A DNA stretch of 58,930 bases from a virus, in IMG/VR virus record IMGVR_UViG_3300029853_000009. One strand, written 5' to 3'. The translations under genes were made by a program, and so were the position numbers. Of this stretch, positions 43,315-53,472 are shown one piece after another. The notes beneath the pieces were generated by a model. It did no database searches, was not told the DNA's origin, and was given only the letters and a program-made list of their open reading frames with translations. Within the stretch, counting starts at the first letter, position 1. Every line of letters starts with the position of its first letter.

Positions 43315-43344
43315 TTGATGAGCTATATTTAGTTTTCTATAAAA

Positions 43345-46300
43345 TTAATAATCAAAAGCTGGTCGACCAGTTCTCTGAAAATACTCTTTAGCATACTTCC
43401 TAGCACTGTTACCTATTTCATTTTGGGATATTCCAAATTTTTTATTAAGTATTCCTTGCAGTAGTTCATTTTGTTGTCTTAACAACGCTACTTCTTGCTG
43501 TGATGTATCATATACTGCTTCTCTAATACCTGTAATTTCTGCACCACCAGCAACAGCAGTTTTACCACCAACTGTACCAGCAATTTCAGGAACTCCATTT
43601 TCACCAGCCATAAAAAGACTGTATTTTTGCGGATATCCGCCATCTGCAAATCCTTTAAATCTTAATTTCATAAATCCTGTGGACATTGGGTCGCCTGTGC
43701 TATATGGTTCTCCCTCTATTTCTGCTGTATAACTCGATGAAATAGCGTTGGTAAGAGAATCATGTATTCTCCAAGCATTGCTATCTATAGTGTCAGACAG
43801 TCCGTTCATAAGGTCACTTCCCATATCTGCACCAATATTTCCAGAATTTACCGCATCAATTATTGACAGAAACGCAACAGCCGTAGTATTAGGAACACCA
43901 TCAACTTTATCCCTGTAATTACTTACAAGACTTCCACCAGCTTCCGCACCAGTCTGCATAGCTTCTGCAACAGCTTTTAAATGCACATCATTAAATAAAT
44001 TATTGCTATATCCCGGTAATCCGCTAGTGCTTTCTTTAAAAGCATTAGACATTTTTGTGCCGCCGTTAGAACCAACCTCTTCTAATTTGTCAAATGTGTT
44101 ACTTGTATTTTCAAAAAAATCGTTAATACTTTCCTGCGATTCTCCTGTTTTTTCGCTTATGGTATTTTCGATTTTTTCAAAAGATTCTTGCGTAGCCCTT
44201 GACATTCTTTCATTATCGACCTCATAAGCCGATGCCAATTCATCCGCACTCTGCCTTGTGCTATCCTGTTCCCCGGTCAGTCTGTTGTATTCATTTTTAC
44301 AAGTTGCCGCCTTTTCTGCCGCATTAGCTATTTCCTGATTAACCTGTTTCACTGACTGATTAAGTTTATCATTGTCATTTGCCAATCGGCGTACTTCATC
44401 AGAATTTAAACCGACTTCTTTCCTCAAATCAGTTGAAGATTTTGTAAAACCATTAGTACGTTCTTTTGTCTGGTCTAATAATGTTGTCAATACATCAAAC
44501 GCATCACCTAAGCCGCTAATTTCATATGTTGCATTAAATGTATCCTTTGACATTCCAGTAAGTTTTTGTGCATAATCATATATTATATTTTCAGCATTTG
44601 TATAACGCTCGTTGTTGTCCTTTAACTGGTTCCCTATGTCAAATTCCTGTTTATATAATTCCTTTAATACATCTTCCATAGCCGCCGCTTTGGCATACGC
44701 TTCTAATGCATTTATTGTGTTATACACTTCGTCTTTCTGTCCAATAAACTGACCAGTAACACTATCAATACTGCTTGCAAGCTCTGGACATTGTTCAACC
44801 AGATAATCAGCGTAAGTTATTAACATTTCACGTTGGCTGTCTGTTAAGCTATCAAAATTGTCGGCTAATTCAAAATACTTATCCGCAATGCTTCTAACGC
44901 CAGCATATGTATCTCCGATAGAATTAATCTGTTCCTTAGATTTTTCCACAGTCTGATTAAGATTATCTGCGGCTTGTTTTACAGACTCACTTAATAGATT
45001 TGATTTGTATGTCAAATCATCTGTTCCTGTTATAACACCTGCTATTGCTGATACTACGCCAACTGCTCCTACAGCAAGGGCTGTCCATGGGTTTAACAAA
45101 CCTATAAGCTGCAATGCACCTAATGCCACACCTGCTCCTGCGGCTACTTCTGCTAATGTACCGACTGTAAATTCTGCTCCCTCTCCGATTTTGTGAAATG
45201 CATCATATATCAGCAATGCTTCGGAAGCAAAACCAGCTATTCCTATAGCACTTTTTAAGGCTACGGCAAACTTAGATGTAAACGACTGTGCACTGACATT
45301 GTAATCAATCTTACTAAACATTTTATTGATTCCGCTTGCAATTGCATCTTTTAATCCTGCGTTTTCCGCCAATTCAACGCCCATTTTAGCCGCAAGTGAC
45401 TTAGCGAGGGATTGTGATATTTTAGTTGCAATAGCTTTTAAGATGTTCTTAGCAATTTCCAGCTTAAAATATTTTTTTAAAAGGATTGCTCCTATTATAA
45501 TTGCAACTGTCTTTAGCTCTATATCGCCTATCAGTTCAGATATTCCATCAAATACCTTTGACCATTTAATGTTTTTAATTGTGGTCTTAACAGTGGTATA
45601 TATTCCCTGCACCCACACATTAATAGCCTTAGCCAACGATTTGAAATCAAACGTTGCAAAAAATTCATTAATCCCTGTTGCAATAGATAATCCAAAATCT
45701 TCCCAGTCAAACCTTTCTCCAAATGCTAATGCTGCATAAATAGCAGTGTTTAAAGCCCCTGCAACAGTTCTACCTACTGCTCCGAACAATTCCGGACTAA
45801 TCAGTCCATTAAGGAAATCCGCTAATCCTGTGCCGAAATTCCTAGCTCCTGCATAAACTTTATCCCAGTCAATGTCATTCATTGCATTAGTAAGAACATT
45901 ACCAATATATTCTCCTAATTCATATAGACTATTAATCTGGCTTTCATAATCTTTAAAAATTGTATCAACCTGTACAAGGTTGCCATCTAATGTGTTCCCT
46001 ACACCCCCACTGTTAGTTCCTTTGCCACCAGTACCTTTTTTATTGCTTCCACTATCACTATCGTCAGGTGTTGTTATCAGTTTTAATTCATCAAACTGCC
46101 TTGCACCCTTGTTCATTTTTTCAATATTTTTAGCAGCTTGTGCCGTATTGTCTGCGGCTGTACCTGTATCATCAGCCACATCCCCTACGCTATCTGCGAT
46201 ATTACTCCAATTATCAGTGATACCTTTATCCGTCACTTCAAATTTCCAGCCAAATATATGCCCTAATGCATTGGTAACAGTTTCTGCAAAAGAAATCACT

Positions 46301-47673
46301 TTCCCCATTACAAAATTCAAGCCACTAACAAACGGTTTTAAAGCATTTATTAATGACGAACCTACAATAGCAGCTAATTGTTCGAAAGATTGTTTTAAAA
46401 TTACAGTCTGATTATGCCATGTGTCTGCCGTTCTAGCGAAGTCACCTTGTGCAGCGGTTGTGTTTGCCATTACATATTGGTAGCGTAACATTGTTTTTTC
46501 AGCCTGTGACATTGATTTTATATCTGCATCCAGTCCTTGCTTTAACGCCCACTCTTTCAACGTCGCCTGCGTTAAATCCAATCCATATTTCCTCAAAGGT
46601 TCTGTTTCGCCAGTAAATATAGCTTGTAAATTTCTTGCAACATCTGATTGGTCAATGTCATAAAAAGAAGCCATGTCCGCGGTCAATTTTGTCAAATTCA
46701 TTGACATATCTGCTACACTGTTTGTAGCTGAATATGCCGTATTTTCTGTTTTTGACAGCTTATCATTTATAAGATTAGCACCCTTGACTACCTGTTCAGA
46801 GCTAATACCCATAGCTGTTCCCATCGCTTGAAATCTACTAGCAAATTGTTTTACAGATAGTTCAGACATACCAAAATCCTGTATAGACGTTTTAGCCATA
46901 TCATCTACAAGACTCTCATATTGCCCAAATGTTGTTCTTACAACATTTTCCACCTCTGTTAGTGATGATGCAATATTTATTGCATCTCCGAGTTTGTTAA
47001 TTCCTCTAAATAACAACCAGTAAGAAGCATACAATTTACCAAACGCAGACGCTAAACTCCAACTACTTTTGCTAGCAGCACCAGCAGATGTAGATACATC
47101 AAATAAACTTGTTTTAAGTGAACTTGCTGCCCTTCCACTTGATGCACCTGTACGACTTAATTGTGCTAATGCATTAGTCATATCTATAATGTTTTGACTT
47201 ACCCTCGGTGCTTTAGAAAGTTCCTGCATTAATTCTTTCATCGCTGTTGCAAGCTTAGGGATATTCTGAACAGCATTAATAGAACTTTTATAGCCTAATT
47301 GTTTTATGCCATCAGCTAACTTTGTAATCTGTTCAGCCGCTTTATCTGTAGTTTCTAAGTTGTTAAATGCCTTACCCAAATAAGTCATTGCCGTAGAAGC
47401 TTTGTTAATAGATGTAACATCTATCCTGCTTATTTTTTCTACGCCCTTTGAAATCCTTGTAAAATCTGCTGTACCTACACTTTTCATTCCCTGCATTGCA
47501 GATACAATGTTTTTAACCCCTGTTGCAAAGCCATTAAAATTCGCATTACCAACAGTTCCCAAGGAGGTTGCCAAATTGCCTAAATTTTTTACCAATCTAT
47601 CAATTGCATTATTAGCTTGTGTTGCTGTTGCTTTTATTTTCAATTCCAAGCTATCTAATTCTTCATCAGCCAT
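43345..47673 (-). CDS. Tail tape measure protein
   Basis: 1442 aa, helical, with hydrophobic Gly/Ala-rich central segments; follows the chaperone pair. Confidence 0.9.
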   Translation of the reverse strand: MADEELDSLELKIKATATQANNAIDRLVKNLGNLATSLGTVGNANFNGFATGVKNIVSAMQGMKSVGTADFTRISKGVEKISRIDVTSINKASTAMTYLGKAFNNLETTDKAAEQITKLADGIKQLGYKSSINAVQNIPKLATAMKELMQELSKAPRVSQNIIDMTNALAQLSRTGASSGRAASSLKTSLFDVSTSAGAASKSSWSLASAFGKLYASYWLLFRGINKLGDAINIASSLTEVENVVRTTFGQYESLVDDMAKTSIQDFGMSELSVKQFASRFQAMGTAMGISSEQVVKGANLINDKLSKTENTAYSATNSVADMSMNLTKLTADMASFYDIDQSDVARNLQAIFTGETEPLRKYGLDLTQATLKEWALKQGLDADIKSMSQAEKTMLRYQYVMANTTAAQGDFARTADTWHNQTVILKQSFEQLAAIVGSSLINALKPFVSGLNFVMGKVISFAETVTNALGHIFGWKFEVTDKGITDNWSNIADSVGDVADDTGTAADNTAQAAKNIEKMNKGARQFDELKLITTPDDSDSGSNKKGTGGKGTNSGGVGNTLDGNLVQVDTIFKDYESQINSLYELGEYIGNVLTNAMNDIDWDKVYAGARNFGTGLADFLNGLISPELFGAVGRTVAGALNTAIYAALAFGERFDWEDFGLSIATGINEFFATFDFKSLAKAINVWVQGIYTTVKTTIKNIKWSKVFDGISELIGDIELKTVAIIIGAILLKKYFKLEIAKNILKAIATKISQSLAKSLAAKMGVELAENAGLKDAIASGINKMFSKIDYNVSAQSFTSKFAVALKSAIGIAGFASEALLIYDAFHKIGEGAEFTVGTLAEVAAGAGVALGALQLIGLLNPWTALAVGAVGVVSAIAGVITGTDDLTYKSNLLSESVKQAADNLNQTVEKSKEQINSIGDTYAGVRSIADKYFELADNFDSLTDSQREMLITYADYLVEQCPELASSIDSVTGQFIGQKDEVYNTINALEAYAKAAAMEDVLKELYKQEFDIGNQLKDNNERYTNAENIIYDYAQKLTGMSKDTFNATYEISGLGDAFDVLTTLLDQTKERTNGFTKSSTDLRKEVGLNSDEVRRLANDNDKLNQSVKQVNQEIANAAEKAATCKNEYNRLTGEQDSTRQSADELASAYEVDNERMSRATQESFEKIENTISEKTGESQESINDFFENTSNTFDKLEEVGSNGGTKMSNAFKESTSGLPGYSNNLFNDVHLKAVAEAMQTGAEAGGSLVSNYRDKVDGVPNTTAVAFLSIIDAVNSGNIGADMGSDLMNGLSDTIDSNAWRIHDSLTNAISSSYTAEIEGEPYSTGDPMSTGFMKLRFKGFADGGYPQKYSLFMAGENGVPEIAGTVGGKTAVAGGAEITGIREAVYDTSQQEVALLRQQNELLQGILNKKFGISQNEIGNSARKYAKEYFQRTGRPAFDY

Positions 47674-47720
47674 TTGTCACACCACCTTTGCTATTAACAT
47701 AAAAGTAGTGCATTAAATCA

Positions 47721-48532
47721 TTATTTCGGACTTAATGCACCACCTTCTTTTTCTAATATTTTCATTCTTTGTTCCATTTCAAACATTGCTAACAATTCAT
47801 TGTTACCTATGTCTTTCTTATTGTTATTTCTCATAATCGTAATTGGTTCTTTCAAGTATTCACTTTTTGCTTTTTTGCCAGCAAGGCAATGTTCAACTGC
47901 ATAAATAACAGCAGAAATTCCATAATTTCCCCACCAGCTCCACATATCTATATCTTGCCTTTGTCTTTTCAAATTATAACCTTTAATACAATAGCCTAAT
48001 TGTGCGGGTGTCATGTGTTTAAATTGTTCTATATTTATGCCAATTGCAAACGCCGTTGGGAAATATTCTTCCCATATTATTTTGTGCCAGTTGATTTCCT
48101 GTTGTTTTTCTTTGTCACTGCCGGACTCTGACTCCCATACATCTGTATCATCATGTCGTCCAGACCCGACAGGGCGAAAAAACCATCGTCTTCCATCATC
48201 TTTCTAAGCTCATCATTAAGCTTTTTATAAGATAATTTCCTGCTCTTCATATATTCTCGCATAACTTTTACAGCAGCTTCATAAGTCAATGGATTATGTT
48301 CTAATAGGGCAGCATAAAACGCAGTTTTACAAACATCAGCAGTATCTCCTATCATGTTAGCTGTGCCGTTTATAATTTCCATAGAAGTAGGGTTATCCAT
48401 ATCCTTAGCTTCTTCTACGATATATGCACCTGATATTACCTTAAACATCTTTTGCACAATATCCTTGTATTCGGCGGCTTCAAATGAAAATTCTAATTTA
48501 TATTCTTTATTATTTACTGTAATTGTTTTCAT
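47721..48532 (-). CDS. Tail assembly chaperone G and G-T fusion (-1 programmed frameshift)
   Basis: The zero frame 48077-48532 gives the G-like product. The -1 frame is open from the slippery site to 47721 and runs into the MTPAQLGYCIKGY... ORF. Confidence 0.75.
48176..48182 (-). promoter_or_regulatory. Slippery heptamer T_TTT_TTC for the -1 frameshift
   Basis: Minus sense GGT TTT TTC within ...DDGFFALS... Confidence 0.65.
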
Positions 48533-48669
48533 GTTTATTGTCCCTTCCATCCTTAAGTGACAGAAAGTGGTATAACTATCACTTCCTGTCACATTTTCTT
48601 AATAATTCAAATTGGCTGCATTTAATTCTTCGTCAACCGTTACAGCCTTATTATATTCAACCGGTTGAC

Positions 48670-49170
48670 TTACGATTTTTTTGACAATGTAATTGAAGTC
48701 GGATAACCATTATCATCCTCCACTACAGCAACATCATAATCCTTATGTATCCATCTTGGTACAGTTGAGATTGCAATATTACAAGTTCCCGTCAAATGGT
48801 CGTCTGTGGCTTCGTCAGGTGCGAATGACTCTGACCCAATAAATCCACAGATACCTTCCTTGCCCTTGCCATCTGTACCATACAATACAACGATGTCTAA
48901 TGTTTCATCTTCAATTTCAACTAAATTATCAAGATATTGGCGTTCAAATGCACCGCTCACAGCCATTGAACCCGCTGCACGTCTGCCCGGTTCTTGAGTT
49001 TCAACCAAATCTTCTAATGTAGATGTGTCTACCATGTTTCGCTCTCCGACTGGCGATGGTATACTTTTTGCTCTAATAAGCAAACTATATGTACCAGCCC
49101 AATAATCTGCTTCGCTGCTTTCTTTTTCCTTTTTTCTGTAGATAATTCTACTTTTTAAGCCTGTTGCCAT
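48670..49170 (-). CDS. Major tail protein (TP901-1/phi13-like)
   Basis: IRAKSIPSPVGERNMVDTSTLEDLVETQEPG fits the family pattern; positioned before the chaperones. Confidence 0.75.
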   Translation of the reverse strand: MATGLKSRIIYRKKEKESSEADYWAGTYSLLIRAKSIPSPVGERNMVDTSTLEDLVETQEPGRRAAGSMAVSGAFERQYLDNLVEIEDETLDIVVLYGTDGKGKEGICGFIGSESFAPDEATDDHLTGTCNIAISTVPRWIHKDYDVAVVEDDNGYPTSITLSKKS

Positions 49171-49196
49171 GTGTTATACCTCCTTGAATTGCAAAT

Positions 49197-49225
49197 AAAA
49201 AAGGAGCTGTTTCAGCTCCCTTTTT
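49197..49225 (-). terminator. Hairpin terminator in front of the major tail gene
   Basis: GGAGCTG-TTT-CAGCTCC with flanking A and T runs. Confidence 0.55.
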
Positions 49226-49241
49226 CTCATCGTATTTATTG

Positions 49242-49652
49242 TTATAAAATATCATTCCATCCGAACTTACGTTTTGCTCTGAAAGTAGCAGTCCATAATT
49301 TATCCTCTTTTCTTGCAAAAGGCATTGGTTTTATTTTAAACATTTTCTGTTTATAAATATCCGCTATTACACTTGCTATTTGTAAAGCTTCACTTCTGCC
49401 GCCATTAGTTGTCACTATTACTTGTGCTGTAAAACTAATAGTATTTATTCTGTCAGCTTCTAAATCTTCATTCATTTCCGTTGGTTCAACCGATTGTATT
49501 AATACAGTCGGGAATACTGGTTCATCGCTTATTTCCTCTTCTGTTGTAAAAAAAATGTCGGGATAATCCTCTTCTAAATAAGCCATTGCATTGCTCTTAA
49601 CTACAGAATACAAATTTGTTTCAAGATTGTAAGCCCATTCATTGTTAATCAT
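49242..49652 (-). CDS. Tail completion / tail terminator-position protein
   Basis: 136 aa; call based on position. Confidence 0.45.
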   Translation of the reverse strand: MINNEWAYNLETNLYSVVKSNAMAYLEEDYPDIFFTTEEEISDEPVFPTVLIQSVEPTEMNEDLEADRINTISFTAQVIVTTNGGRSEALQIASVIADIYKQKMFKIKPMPFARKEDKLWTATFRAKRKFGWNDIL

Positions 49653-50191
49653 CCGAACACCCTCTTTGCTATACCCATATAATCCTCAATTATTCTTTTT
49701 TCTGCTTTTAAAACAGGCATTGTAGCTTGTACACCATGTGTAAGTATTAAGTTGTTATTATCATCGTAATAACCCCACACTTTCTTCTGTCCGTTCCCTT
49801 TGCCATATGAACCTATCAGAAAACCAAACTCTTCGCCTTTAGGATGAGGGCTTGAACCAACTCCACTATCGTTGTAATAAACACCAGCTCCAAATTCAAT
49901 GAACAGTATTTCTTTTCCACTTACAATCAACTTAGCTTCCGCTGTTGATTTGTCTGTGTTAAGTTTTACATATGTATTATGGGTTGTATCCGAGCCACTT
50001 CTAATCCCTTTTTCATCATATTTATACTGTGCTTCTGCCATGTTGCTATCAATTACTGTAATACCTGCATTAGCTAATTCTGTTACAAATTGCTCTAACT
50101 TTCTATGAAATTTAGTTTTATATTTTTGCAACTGCTTTATGGCATTTTCAACAGATTTTTTAGACAATGTTATTACTATTTGTTCAGCCAT
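49649..50191 (-). CDS. HK97 gp10-like head-tail joining protein
   Basis: IEFGAG motif, plus size and position. Confidence 0.5.
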   Translation of the reverse strand: MAEQIVITLSKKSVENAIKQLQKYKTKFHRKLEQFVTELANAGITVIDSNMAEAQYKYDEKGIRSGSDTTHNTYVKLNTDKSTAEAKLIVSGKEILFIEFGAGVYYNDSGVGSSPHPKGEEFGFLIGSYGKGNGQKKVWGYYDDNNNLILTHGVQATMPVLKAEKRIIEDYMGIAKRVFG

Positions 50192-50201
50192 ATATACACA
50201 C

Positions 50202-50642
50202 CTACTTAACATTTTTTTGCAAGAGAAATAAATCTACTGTCAATCCCTCATCAGCCACGCCTTTTACAACATAATCACAACTGGTATCATCAATTATTGT
50301 TTTATCTTTATCTTTATACTTTACCTCTGACTTTTTCCAAACAAGTGAACCGACTTTTAATGGAAGCCTGCCTTTATCTGCTACAATTTGGACAAAATTT
50401 GTTGAATTATCGACACCAAATTCCTTTATTAAAGCTTCGCTTAACTTATTGCTTATAGAGGAAAAAAATACCACAGGCGTTTTATATCCTGTGGTATATT
50501 CTCCGGTCTCAACTGGTGTCGGTTTCCCATCTACTTCAATATATTTAATAGCGCCATCCTTGTTTAATTTATAAACCGGAACTCTTTTATTCTTATCCTT
50601 AATTGCGTATGTCATTTTTTGCTTGTTGATACATAGCGACAT
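50202..50642 (-). CDS. Head-tail module hypothetical protein
   Basis: 146-aa ORF. Confidence 0.5.
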   Translation of the reverse strand: MSLCINKQKMTYAIKDKNKRVPVYKLNKDGAIKYIEVDGKPTPVETGEYTTGYKTPVVFFSSISNKLSEALIKEFGVDNSTNFVQIVADKGRLPLKVGSLVWKKSEVKYKDKDKTIIDDTSCDYVVKGVADEGLTVDLFLLQKNVK

Positions 50643-50643
50643 A

Positions 50644-50970
50644 TTAATTCACATCTTTCCCGAATCGTTTCCATAAATCGGATAATTTTTCCCAGCCGTA
50701 CATTGCTACAAATGCTACAACAAATCCAGCTATAATAGCAGCTAATACCATGTACCACAATATGGTCATTTGTATATACTGCATATAAGCTGCAAATGCA
50801 GCAACTGTAATTCCTATGGACAGCACAAAAACAAGAATATCTGTGGGTACTCTTGCAAAAATACCTATTCCCTTAATTACCTGCGTAATTAAAGATACAA
50901 AAAATGCAAGTGTTCCTATAATTGCTAATATGATTGTCATATTGGCTATAATCGTTTCCATAATGTTCAT
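50644..50970 (-). CDS. Putative holin (3 TM)
   Basis: Three hydrophobic helices plus a charged C-terminus (EKLSDLWKRFGKDVN). Confidence 0.6.
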   Translation of the reverse strand: MNIMETIIANMTIILAIIGTLAFFVSLITQVIKGIGIFARVPTDILVFVLSIGITVAAFAAYMQYIQMTILWYMVLAAIIAGFVVAFVAMYGWEKLSDLWKRFGKDVN

Positions 50971-50972
50971 GT

Positions 50973-51296
50973 TTATACCTCTTTTCCTTCATTCAATCGG
51001 TCTTCAATTCCATCAAGTCGATGATGAGCTGACTTTACGCTTTCTTCAACCTTAATAATCCTGTTATCGTGAGAATTAAGTTCTTTTCTCATTTCTGTAA
51101 CTTCCTTCTTTATCTCTGTTGTGTTGCTTGATATTGTGTCAAGCTTCATATTTATGCGTGTATTTTCCTTTACACGCTCCGTAAGTTCTGCTTTGTCAGA
51201 CTTTTTGTTGTTCTTAAGATTAAGTCCTAAGGTAAACAGTCCAAAAAAGACGGAAAAAGCAACTGAAATAATGCTTATAATCACTGCTATTGGCAT
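50973..51296 (-). CDS. BhlA/UviB-like membrane protein (N-terminal TM plus coiled coil)
   Basis: MPIAVIISIISVAFSVFFGLFTLGL followed by a heptad-rich tail. Confidence 0.5.
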   Translation of the reverse strand: MPIAVIISIISVAFSVFFGLFTLGLNLKNNKKSDKAELTERVKENTRINMKLDTISSNTTEIKKEVTEMRKELNSHDNRIIKVEESVKSAHHRLDGIEDRLNEGKEV

Positions 51297-51386
51297 AATA
51301 TACCGCCTTTCATATTTTTATAATGGCACACTACCCACCACCCTTAATGTGTGCCGCCTGCTACCATATTGGTAACGCACAATCTT

Positions 51387-51764
51387 CTATAAAACCTTAG
51401 CAAAAGGGAATACCCCAACAAATAAGCTGTCTCTATCTCTCCAAGTTCTGTTGACGCCATTCTCATTGTAGCTTGCCATAAATGCTTCACCTGCTTGTGA
51501 ATGGTCGTAGACAGCCAGATTAACAATAACACTCTCAAATTTCTTCAAGTCTTCGGTTATCATTTCATCTGTATAGCTGTCAGGGTAATTTCTTCTTGCT
51601 TTTACATCTTCTGTAGCCTGTTTAATAAGCTGTTCGATTACTGGATTATCTTCTTTGTTATCGAACACTACCACATCAGATGTTGTTTCATCATCATTCG
51701 TGACTGTATCAATATGAAATTGTTTAAGTCTGATTTTAACTTGCTCTAATGTGGTGTATTCCAT
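51387..51764 (-). CDS. Head-tail connector/adaptor (gp6/gp15-like)
   Basis: N-terminal LEQVKIRLKQ... and IEQLIKQATEDVKARRN pattern; position after the capsid gene. Confidence 0.6.
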   Translation of the reverse strand: MEYTTLEQVKIRLKQFHIDTVTNDDETTSDVVVFDNKEDNPVIEQLIKQATEDVKARRNYPDSYTDEMITEDLKKFESVIVNLAVYDHSQAGEAFMASYNENGVNRTWRDRDSLFVGVFPFAKVL

Positions 51765-51775
51765 AATTTCAACTC

Positions 51776-52003
51776 CTATAACCCTAATTTCTCAATTAAC
51801 AACTTCTTTAACTCTGCTCCTGTAAGTTTTTCTGCGTTATCTATACCTTGTTCTACGGCAAAAGCCTGTAAATCAGATGTAGACATGCGATTAATGGTTG
51901 TCTTGCTATAATCAAAAGAAGCCCCAGAATTATTATTTTCCGGAACTTCTTCGCCTGCGTTATACCATTTTCCATTATGAATTACTATATATGGATATTT
52001 CAT
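51776..52003 (-). CDS. Hypothetical protein with a C-terminal HeH/SAP-like motif
   Basis: ...LTGAELKKLLIEKLGL. Confidence 0.45.
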   Translation of the reverse strand: MKYPYIVIHNGKWYNAGEEVPENNNSGASFDYSKTTINRMSTSDLQAFAVEQGIDNAEKLTGAELKKLLIEKLGL

Positions 52004-52014
52004 AGTTGCACCCC

Positions 52015-53088
52015 CTACTCTTCGCTATGAACCTCATATACGAATGTGCTATCCATATTCTCATATGACGGAAGAACAACCTCGGAAGCAAATGTTGACA
52101 TCTTCATAGGTGGTCCGTACTCTGTCTTTGTAGCAACTGTAATACCTGTGCCGTGTACTGTTACATCAACATCAGCTACCTGCCTTGCAGTTCTTTCTTC
52201 CGGTGTAGTGCCAAACCAAGTGCTGCCAAGGATGCCTTCTGGAAGAAGCGTAACCTTGTTATCTGGGTAGAAGTAATGGTCTTTGCCATCATCGCCAGTG
52301 TACATCTTATCGTAAAGTACGATAGTGAGCTTTGTTCTCTTCTGTACTACTGAAATAACAGTATCATCATCAACCTCAATGGTTGCTGTAAGGTTCTGTG
52401 CAAGGATTGAGTTTCTTATCTGTGCATTATCAAGTAAATACTGGAATGTATTGCTGTTCATAAGCGCATATCTAGCAATCTTGCCCTGCTTCTGTAACTT
52501 CTTTCTTGCATTGTTAAGGTCTGTAAGTGGCTTTGAATTAGCTGTGTCGCTCCACATGCTTGTGCCTGATAACTTTGCATAATGCTCTTTTGCATACGAA
52601 CCATCTTTATCATAATCGTAAGCATACTGAGTGCCATCACTTACAATGGCAATTACCGGATGACCTGCACTTGTGGCAAGAAGTGACATTCTCATACGCT
52701 CTGGCACAACTTCTGCGCCACTTACAAGGTTGTTAGTATCGTCATATACGCTTGATAAAGCACTTGCAAGGTAAGGGTCGTCTGCTGATTGGATACGCTC
52801 GATTTCAAGCATTTCCTCTTCACCGACTGTCATTCCCTCGCGAAAAAATGCCATCTGTGTTTTTTCCTTGCTTAATCCCTCTCTAGCTCTAATTGTTGGG
52901 ATTGTGTCAAAGTTGGATGGTGCAAGTGATACTGGAAGTCCTTTATGTGTCTTAATCCAGCTTAAATCAAGCCCCTGTTTCTTTCTTTCAGGAAACCACT
53001 GTAAACCAAGATAAGGTATTTGGTTACTAGCGTTTTCTGTTGCTGATAATGCGATAGACTTACTGTCTAATACTTCATTAATTAACAT
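52015..53088 (-). CDS. Major capsid protein (gpE-like family)
   Basis: 357 aa, follows the scaffold and decoration-position genes; N-terminal ...YLGLQWFPERKKQGLDLSWIK pattern. Confidence 0.8.
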   Translation of the reverse strand: MLINEVLDSKSIALSATENASNQIPYLGLQWFPERKKQGLDLSWIKTHKGLPVSLAPSNFDTIPTIRAREGLSKEKTQMAFFREGMTVGEEEMLEIERIQSADDPYLASALSSVYDDTNNLVSGAEVVPERMRMSLLATSAGHPVIAIVSDGTQYAYDYDKDGSYAKEHYAKLSGTSMWSDTANSKPLTDLNNARKKLQKQGKIARYALMNSNTFQYLLDNAQIRNSILAQNLTATIEVDDDTVISVVQKRTKLTIVLYDKMYTGDDGKDHYFYPDNKVTLLPEGILGSTWFGTTPEERTARQVADVDVTVHGTGITVATKTEYGPPMKMSTFASEVVLPSYENMDSTFVYEVHSEE

Positions 53089-53105
53089 CTGTTTACCTCC
53101 TGTTA

Positions 53106-53459
53106 TTATTCAAATACAATCATTGGAAGAGCTGTCTTAACTGTTGCGTCGTATGTAACGCCTGAGTGTGCTTCTGCTACCTTTGTGTTAAGATATGCCT
53201 TCTTAAGCAGTACTCCCTGTGGTCTGTCCTCTGTTACATCAAACCTCAAAATACCTACTACTGTGGCTGTGTTGTCAGCCTTACCATTTGCTCCGATTGG
53301 AGTACCTGCTTTAACAATCTTCTTGCCCTGTGCGTTTTTAGTTGTTACGCCATCAAAATCAAGTGTTAATGGGATTGCTTCATTAGGCTCTCTCTTTAAA
53401 ATCTGAACATCTCCTGCGTATGAAGTTTTTTCATACTGCATATTCATTTCCTTTGCCAT
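53106..53459 (-). CDS. Putative head decoration protein
   Basis: 117 aa, between the scaffold and capsid genes. Confidence 0.45.
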   Translation of the reverse strand: MAKEMNMQYEKTSYAGDVQILKREPNEAIPLTLDFDGVTTKNAQGKKIVKAGTPIGANGKADNTATVVGILRFDVTEDRPQGVLLKKAYLNTKVAEAHSGVTYDATVKTALPMIVFE

Positions 53460-53472
53460 TTCTTACCTCCTG

